DNA of 46,173 nt, from NCBI GenBank assembly GCA_040508235.1, contig JBEVNG010000374.1:1-46173 (forward strand), written 5' to 3'. The stretch's first letter is position 1. Each line of letters starts with the position of its first letter. Shown here piece by piece: positions 24,940-33,526 of the stretch. Position numbers and translations under genes: made by a program. The DNA is from Polyangiales bacterium. GTDB lineage: Bacteria; Myxococcota_A; Polyangia; Polyangiales; DASUME01. Under the pieces are notes generated by a model, which saw only the letters and a list, made by a program, of their open reading frames with translations, did not search any database and was not told the origin of the DNA.

Positions 24940-26538
24940 TCACTTCTTGCGACGACGCAGGTTGCGGCCCAGCACCATCAGCAACATTCCCAAGCTCGTC
25001 CATGCTCCGTCGGCGCGCTTGTCGCCGATCGCGCAACCATCATCACTCTTGCTCGACGGTTCGTCCGTGACCTTGCCCGCATCGTTTCGTCCCGCATCGC
25101 GCGCGCCCGCATCGAGCGTGCCCGCATCGCGAGGAACGTTGCCCGCATCCAGCAGCGGCACGCCGCCCTCGGGCTGGCCCATGCCCTGCTGGTCGCAGGT
25201 ACGCCCGACCATCTGGTCGTAGGCGAGGCCGGACTTGCCGCAGAACACGCGCTGCGAGCCGCGCATGGTCACGTCGTAGTTGTCGCAGAACGCCGTGCAC
25301 GGGTAGTGCCCCGTGCAGCACCAGGCCGGCCCCTGATTGAGCTGGTCCTGGCAGATCGCGCCGACGTCTGCGTTCGGGCATTCCAAGAGCTTGGGCACCT
25401 CGCTGATGCGCACCACGTTGCCGTCGGCGACCGTCTCGCTCGCCGGGTCGAAGGTCCGGACCCTATCACCCTGGCAGACGTAGAAGTTGTTGTTCGCCTG
25501 CGACCAAGTGACGCAGTCCAGGCCCTGCGTGCCGGCGATGTGCGTCAGCGGCTGGCCGAGCGCGGGGGCGGTCCAAAGACCACCGGGATCCATCGCGTCG
25601 CCCTGATCGCTGAGGTAGACCGCGCCGTCCGGAGCGAACGCCGCACCGGTCAAGTAGCGCAGCTGACCATACTCCTTGAACGTCGCGCCCTCGTCCTCGC
25701 TGAGCAGCAGCACGTCGGCCGCGAGGTCGTCGATGAGCGCGCCGAGCAGGCGCTTGGGGTTGCCCGGGTCGACGGCCACCAGCGTGAACCTGTCGGCCTG
25801 CTCCGCGGCCAAGGCCGGGCCCATGCTCCAGGTCTTGCCGCCGTCGTCCGACTTCACGATGTGCATCAGCTGCTGCGGATCCATGCCCTGCGACACCCGT
25901 ACGGACGCGTAGATACGCGTTCCGGTGTCGGTGAGCGTGACCTTCAGCTCGCCGCCGTACGCCTGCTGTCCCGCCTTGTGCGCGACCAGCTCGCCGGCCT
26001 CCGCGACCGACGTCCAGGCGCCGCTCGCGCCGCGACGCATCAACAGCGCTCGCGACTCGTAGGTGCCGCCGACGTTGCTCGACACGTTCAGGACCGCCAG
26101 CAGCTCGCCCGACTTGGGATCGAGCGCGAGCGACGTGGGCCAGCCCTCGGTGAGCGACTTGGACCAGCTGCAGCCGGTGCCGTCGTCCGACCACATGCCG
26201 CCGAGCTGCGTGGCGTGCAGCTGCCCTGCGCTGTCGAGCAGCGTGGCCGCGTTGGTGTTCACTTCGGCCTGCGTCAGCTTGGTGACCGTGTCGCTGCCTG
26301 CGTCCACGATGCCGCCGAGCGACGTGATGCCGGCGCTACAGAGCGCGGCGAACGTCTTGCCACCGTCGCGGCTGAACAAGAAGCCCTCGCTCGCGGTGCT
26401 CCAGCGCACGACGACGATGTTCTTGTCCGTCGGGTGAAGCAGCACCTGCGACAGCCGCTCGACCGGTCCCGATGCGTGAGCCACCTCGCCGAGCCCACTG
26501 CTCAGGGCCAACATCGCGAAGAAAAGCCTGAATCTCAT
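24940..26538 (-). CDS. Asp-box (BNR) beta-propeller protein with a Cys-rich module and a MYXO-CTERM-type sorting tail
   Basis: ATG at 26538. Signal MRFRLFFAMLALSSGLGEVAHA. Asp-boxes SRDGGKTF, SDDGGKTW, SEDEGATF. Ten Cys in about 115 aa. C-terminus DDGCAIGDKRADGAWTSLGMLLMVLGRNLRRRKK (GC motif, TM helix, basic tail). Confidence 0.8.
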   Translation of the reverse strand: MRFRLFFAMLALSSGLGEVAHASGPVERLSQVLLHPTDKNIVVVRWSTASEGFLFSRDGGKTFAALCSAGITSLGGIVDAGSDTVTKLTQAEVNTNAATLLDSAGQLHATQLGGMWSDDGTGCSWSKSLTEGWPTSLALDPKSGELLAVLNVSSNVGGTYESRALLMRRGASGAWTSVAEAGELVAHKAGQQAYGGELKVTLTDTGTRIYASVRVSQGMDPQQLMHIVKSDDGGKTWSMGPALAAEQADRFTLVAVDPGNPKRLLGALIDDLAADVLLLSEDEGATFKEYGQLRYLTGAAFAPDGAVYLSDQGDAMDPGGLWTAPALGQPLTHIAGTQGLDCVTWSQANNNFYVCQGDRVRTFDPASETVADGNVVRISEVPKLLECPNADVGAICQDQLNQGPAWCCTGHYPCTAFCDNYDVTMRGSQRVFCGKSGLAYDQMVGRTCDQQGMGQPEGGVPLLDAGNVPRDAGTLDAGARDAGRNDAGKVTDEPSSKSDDGCAIGDKRADGAWTSLGMLLMVLGRNLRRRKK

Positions 26539-26677
26539 GCGTGCTCCCAAGGCCATCATTGCTACCGCAAGACCATGGGATGACGCAGGGCTTTCCGCAC
26601 GCAATGCGGAGATTTTTGTGTGCTGCGGGCTCTTTACCCCACAACGCCATGGTCGCTTTCGCGCCTGACGGTTTCGG

Positions 26678-27379
26678 TCAGGGCGTGCTCGCGCCCGTCA
26701 TTCCGTCGACGCCTGCATCGGACTCGGTGCGCTCGACGATCGTTCCATCGGGCGGCGCGACCGGCGCCCAGCGCAGCTGCAGGTAGCCCGAGGAGCCCGC
26801 CGAGTTGTAGTAGCCCTCGACCGCGACCTTGAAGAACGCGCCTTCCTGCGAGCGCACGACATAGACGTTCGCCTTGGGCGAGAGCGCGTGCGTCGATGGA
26901 TCGTACGCGTACCAGACATAATCGCCGGTCGCGATCACATAGTCGGGCTCGTTGTCCGAGTCGCTCCCGTCGGGACCATCCGACGCGTAGCCGGTGTATG
27001 GCGCCTTGGTCACGGCTGCGAACGTGCTGTCCGTCACGACCGATACCCTCACCGTGCCGGCGCCGCTCAATCCGCCGTTGGTCGCCAGCTTGAAGCGCTG
27101 CGCCTTGAGATCCCACTGCGTCCAGTTGGTCGCGTCGGTGCGCGTCTCGCCGGTCTCTAGGTCGACGTACACCCACACCATGCTGTTGGTGGTGTCGAGC
27201 TCGCGCTTCTGCTCGATAGGCGCGGGTGGCGGCACGTAGCCATCTCCGCTGGCGCTCGCGTCGAGCGGCGCGGTCGGCACGCCGCCGTCGAGGTTGGGCT
27301 CGGGCTCCGGCTCTCCCTCGGGCTTGAGGTCGTCACAGCCGACGAGGGCGAGCGCCAGGATCAAAGCGGTGCGTCTCAT
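26678..27379 (-). CDS. HmuY-like lipoprotein
   Basis: ATG at 27379 preceded by GGAGA. Lipobox LALALVGC. Resembles the HmuY family (WDLKAQRFKLATNGGLSGAG...; VYVVRSQEGAFFKVAVEGYY). Only one His in the whole protein. Confidence 0.6.
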   Translation of the reverse strand: MRRTALILALALVGCDDLKPEGEPEPEPNLDGGVPTAPLDASASGDGYVPPPAPIEQKRELDTTNSMVWVYVDLETGETRTDATNWTQWDLKAQRFKLATNGGLSGAGTVRVSVVTDSTFAAVTKAPYTGYASDGPDGSDSDNEPDYVIATGDYVWYAYDPSTHALSPKANVYVVRSQEGAFFKVAVEGYYNSAGSSGYLQLRWAPVAPPDGTIVERTESDAGVDGMTGASTP

Positions 27380-27391
27380 GTCGTCTCCAGA

Positions 27392-29299
27392 TCAGATGCT
27401 GAGGTTGAGGCCCGCGTAGAACGTGGCGGGGCGCAGTGGGTTGTTGGCGTCGCCGGAGTCGGTGGCGTTCTCCACCACGAGGTACGGCTCGACGTAGCGA
27501 CTGATCACGAACGAGGCGCGCAAGTCGAGCACCGCGTAGGGCGAGCTGAGGTCGCGGTCGTCCATCATGATGTGGCGCTTGCCCATGAACAGGCAGCGCG
27601 CGGAGAACGAATAGCGCTCGCGCGTGTACACCGAGCGCAGCGAGCCGCGATGGCGTGCGCGCCCCTGCAGCGGCGTGTCCTCCACCAGGTCCCGCGTGTC
27701 CGTGAACGTGTAGTTCACCTCGAACAGCAGGCCCTCCAGCGGACGCGTCTGCACGGAGCTCTCCACGCCCTGCGTGCGGGCGCGCGCGTAGTTGGAGTAG
27801 GAGAAGACCTGCTCGCCGCCCTCGATGCCGGCCAGGCGCGTGTCGATCAGGTCGCGCAGCTCGTTGCGGAACAGGTTGAGCGTGCCGCCGACCCACTTGT
27901 AGCCGTGCACCTCGGCGCTCAGGTTCGCGCCCAGCGAGTGCTCGGGCTTGAGGTCCGTGTTGCCGGTGACGCGGTAGCCCGCCGCGGGGTTGGCGAAGAT
28001 CAGGTACAGCTCGCTGAAGCTCGGCGCGCGAAAGCCGCGGCCCACCGCGCTGCGCAGCACCAGCCAGCTCCATGGGTCGTAGCGCAGCGCGATGCGCGGC
28101 GAGACGTTCACGCCGTACTGCGAGTCGACGTCGAGGCGCGCGCTCGGCACGATCGCCAGCTGCGCGATCGGACGATACTCGACCTGCGCGTACGGAGAGA
28201 TGCGCCCGCGCGTGCCGATCTCCGACAAGCGCGGCGTGTCGTAGCGCTGGCCCAGCGCCTCGATGCCGCTGGTCAGGTGCAGCGGGCCGAGCTCGTTGTC
28301 GCTCTGCAGGCGCACGGTGGCCAGCTGCTCGTTGGCGTCCTCGTAGGTGTCGCCGTCGTCGTCGCGGCGTTGATCGCGCAGGAACTGGCTGCGCAGGTAG
28401 GCGTAGTTGAGGGCGAGCGTGAGCTGGTCGGCCTGGCGCAGCTTCCAGCTGGGCACGGTGGTGAGCATGAGCTCGTCTCCGCGCGCGACGCGGTCGTAGA
28501 TCGCGCCACCGGGGCCGTCGTCGACCCCCTTCTGCTCGCGACGCACCGCGCGCACGAACATGGGCAGCGAGAAGCGCTCGTGAGGGGTGTAGCTGGTGCG
28601 CAGGTTGGCGCTCACGCTGTCGAGCCGGTTGCCCGTGGTGGAGGCGGTGTCGGGCGAGAGATCGAAGGCCGCGTTGCGTCGGTAGGCGACGTTGCCGCGC
28701 GCGCGGAACTTCTGGTTGCCGCCGAACGCGCTGACCCAGGCGTCGCCCTGGTGCCCGCCGTCGCGCGAGATGCCGTAGCGTCCCTGTGCTTCGCCGCCGG
28801 GCTTCTGGCGCGGAGCGCGCGTGATGATGTTGACCACGCCCGCGATCGCGTCGGAGCCGTAGATCGCGGAGGCCGGACCGCGCACGATCTCGATGCGCTC
28901 GATGTCGCCCGCGAACAGGCGCGTGAGGTCGAGCGCCCCGTCGCGCGCACCGATCAAGCGCTCGCCGTCGACCAGGATCAGCGTGTGCTGGGCGTCCAGG
29001 CCCTGCATCTGGATCGCGTCGCCGCGGAACGAGCTGTCGATCTGGATGCCCGGCTGGTTGGCCAGGATCTGCGCGGCGTCGCGCATGCCGCTGGCGACGA
29101 TCTGCGCGCGGTCGATCACCTCCACCGCGACCGTGCTCGCGCCGAGCCGCTCCGGGCTGCGCCGGCCGGTGACCACGATGTCGATCGGCTCCTCCTGAGG
29201 AGGCGCCTCCTCGGCGCGGGCGCGGAGCGGTGCCGCGAGCACGCAGGCGAGCGCCAGCACGCTGCGAAGTGGCGTTCGACTTTCGACAACGGGGGGCAT
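27392..29299 (-). CDS. TonB-dependent outer-membrane receptor
   Basis: Signal peptide, TonB-box-like PIDIVVTG, plug motifs IEIVRGPASAIYGSDAIAGVVNIITR. C-terminal beta-barrel ends ...FYAGLNLSI, with the terminal aromatic two residues in. Overlapping frame 27333..29411 rejected. Confidence 0.9.
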   Translation of the reverse strand: MPPVVESRTPLRSVLALACVLAAPLRARAEEAPPQEEPIDIVVTGRRSPERLGASTVAVEVIDRAQIVASGMRDAAQILANQPGIQIDSSFRGDAIQMQGLDAQHTLILVDGERLIGARDGALDLTRLFAGDIERIEIVRGPASAIYGSDAIAGVVNIITRAPRQKPGGEAQGRYGISRDGGHQGDAWVSAFGGNQKFRARGNVAYRRNAAFDLSPDTASTTGNRLDSVSANLRTSYTPHERFSLPMFVRAVRREQKGVDDGPGGAIYDRVARGDELMLTTVPSWKLRQADQLTLALNYAYLRSQFLRDQRRDDDGDTYEDANEQLATVRLQSDNELGPLHLTSGIEALGQRYDTPRLSEIGTRGRISPYAQVEYRPIAQLAIVPSARLDVDSQYGVNVSPRIALRYDPWSWLVLRSAVGRGFRAPSFSELYLIFANPAAGYRVTGNTDLKPEHSLGANLSAEVHGYKWVGGTLNLFRNELRDLIDTRLAGIEGGEQVFSYSNYARARTQGVESSVQTRPLEGLLFEVNYTFTDTRDLVEDTPLQGRARHRGSLRSVYTRERYSFSARCLFMGKRHIMMDDRDLSSPYAVLDLRASFVISRYVEPYLVVENATDSGDANNPLRPATFYAGLNLSI

Positions 29300-29354
29300 G
29301 CGCGCGCGAAAACCGTCTGCAATCGAAGACCAACCGCGCGCGTCCTACGCGCTG

Positions 29355-29370
29355 TTGACTTTCATTTTCA
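29355..29370. promoter_or_regulatory. AT-rich box in the divergent TBDR/ABC promoter region: Fur-box-like on the minus strand, TTGACT -35-like on the plus strand
   Basis: Plus strand ttgactttcattttca. Minus strand TGAAAATGAAAGTCAA, containing GAAAAT GAAAGT versus the Fur hexamers GATAAT GATAAT. Lies 56-71 nt upstream of the receptor ATG. Confidence 0.25.
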
Positions 29371-29485
29371 CCCTCTAGCACGCTCGCGGGCCGGAGCGAG
29401 GCCGATCGCATGGCGGAAAAAGGCGCGTAGTTTCCGTGAGTGACAGGGTTTGCATAAAGTTTAGGGAGGCTGCGTTTAGCCGAAC

Positions 29486-30205
29486 GTGATAGGCCTCATG
29501 GGCATGTCGAACGCCATCGCTTGGGCCCTCGAAGCGCGCGACGTCCGCAAGTCGTACGGCGAACGCCCCGTGCTGCGCGGCGTCTCGCTGCGCATGGCGC
29601 CGGGCGAAGGAATGGCGCTGCTCGGACCCAACGGCTCGGGCAAGACCACGCTGCTGTGCGTGCTCGCGGGCGTGCTGCGGGCGGATCAGGGCAGCGCGCT
29701 GTGCGGCGGCGAGTGCACCTCCAAGAAGCGCGCGCGGCGCGGCGTGGGCTTCGTGCCGCAGACAGCCGCGGTCTACGACGACCTGACCGGCGCCGAGAAC
29801 ATCGCGCTGTTCGCGCGCCTGCACGGCCTGCGTGGAGCGGTGCTGCAGGAGCGCGTGGAGGCGAGCCTACGAGAGACCGAGCTCGCCCACGTGCGTGATG
29901 CCCGCGCGCGCACGTACTCGGGCGGCATGCGGCGACGCCTGAGCCTGGCCTGCTCGCTGGTGCACGAGCCGGCGGTGCTGCTGCTCGACGAGCCGTTCGA
30001 GGGTGTCGACGAGGACTCGCGCGCGCACCTGCTGGACGTGTTGTCCGAGTCCAAGCGACGCGGCGTGGCGCTGCTCCTGAGCACCCATCGCCTGGAGGAA
30101 GTGGCCGCCCTGTGCGAGCAGTTCACGTTGCTGCGCGACGGGGCCGTGGTCGCGACGCGCGCGGTGCAGGACGGCCCGGAAGCGCGGGAATCTCCGCTGC
30201 CATGA
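29486..30205 (+). CDS. ABC transporter ATP-binding protein (ABC-2/DrrA-like)
   Basis: Walker A GPNGSGKTTL, signature YSGGMRRRL, Walker B VLLLDEP. GTG at 29486, 16 nt after GGGAGG. Alternative ATGs at 29498 and 29504. Confidence 0.85.
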   Translation: MIGLMGMSNAIAWALEARDVRKSYGERPVLRGVSLRMAPGEGMALLGPNGSGKTTLLCVLAGVLRADQGSALCGGECTSKKRARRGVGFVPQTAAVYDDLTGAENIALFARLHGLRGAVLQERVEASLRETELAHVRDARARTYSGGMRRRLSLACSLVHEPAVLLLDEPFEGVDEDSRAHLLDVLSESKRRGVALLLSTHRLEEVAALCEQFTLLRDGAVVATRAVQDGPEARESPLP

Positions 30206-31311
30206 GCGCCCTGGTCACGATCGCGGCCAAGGATCTGCGGCTGGTGCTGCGCGACCGCGCGGGCCTGTTCTGGATCGCGGCGTTCCCGATCCTGTTCGCG
30301 CTGTTCCTCGGCGCGGTGCTGGAGCGCTGGTCGTCGCGCGACGATCTCGCGTTGAGCGTCGCGCTGACCGATCTCGATCGCTCGCCCGAGGCGCGCGTCT
30401 ATGTGGAGCGCCTGATCAAGGCGGGCACGCTGGCCGTGCGCGAGCAGCCGCTGGAAGAAGCGCGCGCGACGCTGCTGCACGGCGACGTCGACGCGGTGGT
30501 GGTGCTGCAGCCGGGCTTTGGCGCGGTGCCGGACTGGTACGCGGGCACCGCCGAGGTGATGCACGTGGAGGCCGACCCGAGTCGTCGTCGCGAGGCGGGC
30601 TACGTGAAGGGCCTGCTGCTGGAGGCCGGCCTGTCGCGCGCGATCGAGGACGAGCTGATGAGCGACCCGCGCAGCGCGGTGAAGGTGGTGCAGGCCGCGT
30701 CGCTGCACGCGACCCCGAGCGCCGCCGAGCTAGTGACGCCGGCCGCCGTGCTCTGGGGGCTGATCGGCTGCGCGGCCGCGTTCGCGATCTCGCTCGCCAG
30801 CGAGAAGCGCGCCGGCACGCTGCGGCGTCTACGCAGCCTGCCGATCGCGGACTGGCAGATCCTGAGCGGCAAGGCGCTGGCGTGCTTCGCGGCCTGCCTG
30901 TCGATCGCGGTCACCATCCTGGCTGGCGCGCTGCTCGGCTTCGGCGTGCGGCTCGAGAGCGCGCTCGGCCTCGGAGTGGTGGTGGTCGCGCTGACCTTCT
31001 GCTTCACGGGCATCATGGCCGCCATCAGCACGCTCGGCTCCAGCGAGCAGGCGGTCGCCGGCGCGGGCTGGGGCACGCTGCTGGTGCTCGGCATGGTCGG
31101 CGGCATCATGGTGCCGCGCATGATCATGCCCACCTGGTTGGTCTCGCTGGGCGTGCTCAGCCCCGTACGCTGGGGCTTGATCGGGCTCGAGCACTCGCTC
31201 TGGCGCGGCGGCAGCCCGATCGACTGGCTGGTGCCGTGCGCCTGGCTGATGGTGATGGGCGCGGCGGGCATGGTCGGAGGTGCGCTGGTGTTGCGACGGA
31301 GCGCGGCGTGA
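30202..31311 (+). CDS. ABC-2 type transporter permease
   Basis: ATG at 30202 forms an ATGA overlap with the ATPase stop. N-terminal TM helix, large loop, then five C-terminal TM helices, which is ABC-2 topology. Confidence 0.8.
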   Translation: MSALVTIAAKDLRLVLRDRAGLFWIAAFPILFALFLGAVLERWSSRDDLALSVALTDLDRSPEARVYVERLIKAGTLAVREQPLEEARATLLHGDVDAVVVLQPGFGAVPDWYAGTAEVMHVEADPSRRREAGYVKGLLLEAGLSRAIEDELMSDPRSAVKVVQAASLHATPSAAELVTPAAVLWGLIGCAAAFAISLASEKRAGTLRRLRSLPIADWQILSGKALACFAACLSIAVTILAGALLGFGVRLESALGLGVVVVALTFCFTGIMAAISTLGSSEQAVAGAGWGTLLVLGMVGGIMVPRMIMPTWLVSLGVLSPVRWGLIGLEHSLWRGGSPIDWLVPCAWLMVMGAAGMVGGALVLRRSAA

Positions 31312-32483
31312 AGCGCCTCTTGTTCGTGGTCGAGGACATCACGCTGGCGCAGGTGGTGCGGCTGGTGAAGCTCGCCAGCGCCCTGACCCGCGATCAGTAC
31401 GAGGTGCACTTCGCGAGCTCACGCTTCGACCCGCTGATCTTCGCGGGCACCTCGTTCACGCAGCACACCCTCTACACGTTCGAGGGTGCGCTCAAGCGCC
31501 TGGAGCGTGGGCAGCGGCTGTACTCGCGGCGCGTGCTCGCGCGCTACGTCGAGGAAGAGCTGGCGCTGTTCAAGCAGGTGAAGCCGGACGTGGTGATCGG
31601 CGACCTGCGCTTCAGCCTGACCGTCAGCGCGCCACACGCGGGCATCCCGTACGCGGCGCTGATCAACGCCTACTGGAGCCGCGCGATGCAGCGCGAGGTG
31701 TTCCCGCTGCCGGAGCACCCCATCGTGCGCCTGCTGGGCGAGCGGCTGGCGGCCCAGTACTTCCCGCAGGCGATGCCGCGCGTGCTGCAGTGGTTCGCCG
31801 CGCCGGTGAACGCGCTCCGCAAGCAGTACGGGCTGCCGCCGTTCGGCGACCTGATCGACGTCATGATGCACGGCGATCGCGTGCTGTTCCCCGACGTGCC
31901 GGCGATCACGCCGCTGTCGACGCTGCAGCCCAACGAGCAGTTCCTCGGGCCGGTGTTGTGGGAGCCGGCGCTGCCGCCGCCCGAGTGGTGGTCGCGCTCG
32001 CTCGGTGCGCGCGCGGTCTACGTGACCATGGGCTCGTCGGGACGCAACGACCGCCTGCCCACCGTGCTCAAGGCGCTGACGCGGCTCGACTTGCCGCTGA
32101 TGGTCAGCAGCGCCGGGCGCGAGCTGGACGTCGGCAGCAACGTGCTCGCCGCCAAGTACCTGCCCGGCAGCGCGGCCGCCCGGCGCTCGGCCTTCGTGGT
32201 CTGCAACGGCGGAAGCTCGACCGGCTACCAGGCGCTTCGCGAGGGCAAGCCCGTGCTGGGCATCGCCTCCAACCTCGACCAGTACCTGGCGATGACCGCC
32301 GTCCGCGACGCCGGTGCCGGCATCCTCTTGCGCTCTGACTCCCTGCACGAGCTCGCGGTCGTCGACGCGGCCCAGGCGCTGCTGGAGGACCCGCGCTACG
32401 CCCTCGCCGCCCAGCGCATCGCCGCCGAGCTGGCCAGCCACGACTGCCACGCGCGCTTCGAGTCCGCGATCTCTTCGCTGTAA
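31308..32483 (+). CDS. GT1-family (MGT/UGT-like) glycosyltransferase
   Basis: GTG at 31308 forms a GTGA overlap with the permease stop. YVTMGSSG and VVCNGGSSTGYQALREGKPVLGIASNLDQ are the C-terminal nucleotide-sugar-binding motifs of GT-B GT1 enzymes. Confidence 0.8.
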   Translation: MKRLLFVVEDITLAQVVRLVKLASALTRDQYEVHFASSRFDPLIFAGTSFTQHTLYTFEGALKRLERGQRLYSRRVLARYVEEELALFKQVKPDVVIGDLRFSLTVSAPHAGIPYAALINAYWSRAMQREVFPLPEHPIVRLLGERLAAQYFPQAMPRVLQWFAAPVNALRKQYGLPPFGDLIDVMMHGDRVLFPDVPAITPLSTLQPNEQFLGPVLWEPALPPPEWWSRSLGARAVYVTMGSSGRNDRLPTVLKALTRLDLPLMVSSAGRELDVGSNVLAAKYLPGSAAARRSAFVVCNGGSSTGYQALREGKPVLGIASNLDQYLAMTAVRDAGAGILLRSDSLHELAVVDAAQALLEDPRYALAAQRIAAELASHDCHARFESAISSL

Positions 32484-32500
32484 ACGGCCTTAAAGCATTC

Positions 32501-32526
32501 GGCCCTCGAGCTTTCACTCGAGGGCC
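32501..32526. terminator. Perfect 10-bp GC-rich hairpin between the glycosyltransferase gene and tRNA-Leu (candidate bidirectional terminator)
   Basis: GGCCCTCGAG-ctttca-CTCGAGGGCC, 18 nt after the TAA at 32481-32483 and 28 nt downstream of the tRNA 3' end. On the minus strand it is followed by GAATGCTTTA. Confidence 0.5.
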
Positions 32527-32553
32527 GGTGCTTCAGGATATCAGTGACTGTAG

Positions 32554-32637
32554 TGCGAAAGAGAGGACTCGAACCTCCACGAGTGTTACCCCACTGGAAC
32601 CTGAATCCAGCGCGTCTGCCAATTCCGCCACTTTCGC
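32554..32637 (-). tRNA. tRNA-Leu (anticodon CAG), class II with a long variable arm
   Basis: Reverse complement GCGAAAG-TG-GCGGAATTGGCAGACGC-G-CTGGA-TTCAGGT-TCCAG-TGGGGTAACACTCGTG-GGAGG-TTCGAGT-CCTCT-CTTTCGC-A. The 7-bp acceptor stem, the T-loop TTCGAGT and the anticodon-loop CAG were folded by hand. CCA is not encoded. Confidence 0.9.
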
Positions 32638-32833
32638 GAAAACCCTTGTGGAAGGGCGAGTGGGATATCTGCTCCAGGGCCCTCTGTCAAGGGACGATCT
32701 GCTCGCAACTCTTTGCGTAGGGTCCGCAGCGTGTGCAGGCCGGGGTCGGTCGGGGCCCTGAGCGGCTCGCGTGCTTCCGCGGAGTTGCTGCCCCGAGACG
32801 CGGGGTATGTGGCTTGCAGAGGGCGCCTCCGGG

Positions 32834-33526
32834 ATGGAACGCGCGCCTTGGCAACGGAGAGTGCGAGTACGTGCTCGCGCCGGCTACACGCTGGTCGAGC
32901 TGATGATGATCGTGGCGATCATCGGCATCAGCACGATGGTGTTCACGCCGGGCTTCAGCCGCGCCATGGCCGACCGCAAGGTGAGCTTGGCGGCGCGTGA
33001 GCTGATCCGAGTCGGGCGGCGCGCACGCGCGGATACGTTTGGCTACCTGCGCTCGCACTTGCTCTGGATCAACCCGAGCGCGCGTACGGTGCAGCTGCTT
33101 CGCGGGCCGACCAACAGCTGCACGCTGGTCAACTGGAGCGAGGTCGTCGGCGACTGCGGCACCGGCCTCGCCAACAACCAGCACCGCTGCGTCGAGAACC
33201 TGTGGATGTCCGACCTCTCGGGCACGCGCACGATCAGCATCTTCGAGGAGACGATCAGCGGCGGCTCGACCACCTACTCCACCACGGGTCGCGCGCTGTG
33301 CTTTCAGCCGAGCGGAGTGATGATGTACGGATCCGGGGCGAACCTGGCCACCGCGAGCGCGCCCACGACGCTGCAGCGCGACAACATCAGCGGCAACGGC
33401 GGCGTCAACGGCGGCTTCATTTTCAGCCTGCTCGACGGCGCCAACGCACCGACCAGCAGCGACACCTCCAAGCGCGTGCACCGCGTGTTGTTCCCGATGG
33501 GCGGCTCGCCGAGGTCGATGCGATGA
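32834..33526 (+). CDS. fimT: Type IV minor pilin, GspH/FimT-like
   Basis: Prepilin motif ...RARAG/YTLVELMMIVAIIGI with Glu at +5. SRAMADRKVSLAARELI is GspH/FimT-like. ATG at 32834. Confidence 0.7.
   Translation: MERAPWQRRVRVRARAGYTLVELMMIVAIIGISTMVFTPGFSRAMADRKVSLAARELIRVGRRARADTFGYLRSHLLWINPSARTVQLLRGPTNSCTLVNWSEVVGDCGTGLANNQHRCVENLWMSDLSGTRTISIFEETISGGSTTYSTTGRALCFQPSGVMMYGSGANLATASAPTTLQRDNISGNGGVNGGFIFSLLDGANAPTSSDTSKRVHRVLFPMGGSPRSMR

Noticed and set aside
27333-29411. 692-aa alternative minus-strand frame over the TonB receptor, and the 623-aa plus-strand ORF 27572..29443
   Set aside because: Extremely Arg/Pro-rich translation. Frame 27392..29299 carries the plug and barrel motifs.
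32528-32761. 77-aa plus-strand ORF
   Set aside because: It overlaps tRNA-Leu(CAG) on the opposite strand. No SD and no protein-like features.
32803-32818. Sigma-54-like GG-N10-GC element (GGGTATGTGGCTTGCA) upstream of the fimT-like gene
   Set aside because: The -12 TTGCA is perfect but the -24 half is poor. The predicted start site would fall about 5 nt from the ATG at 32834, leaving no room for the SD. This is probably a chance match.
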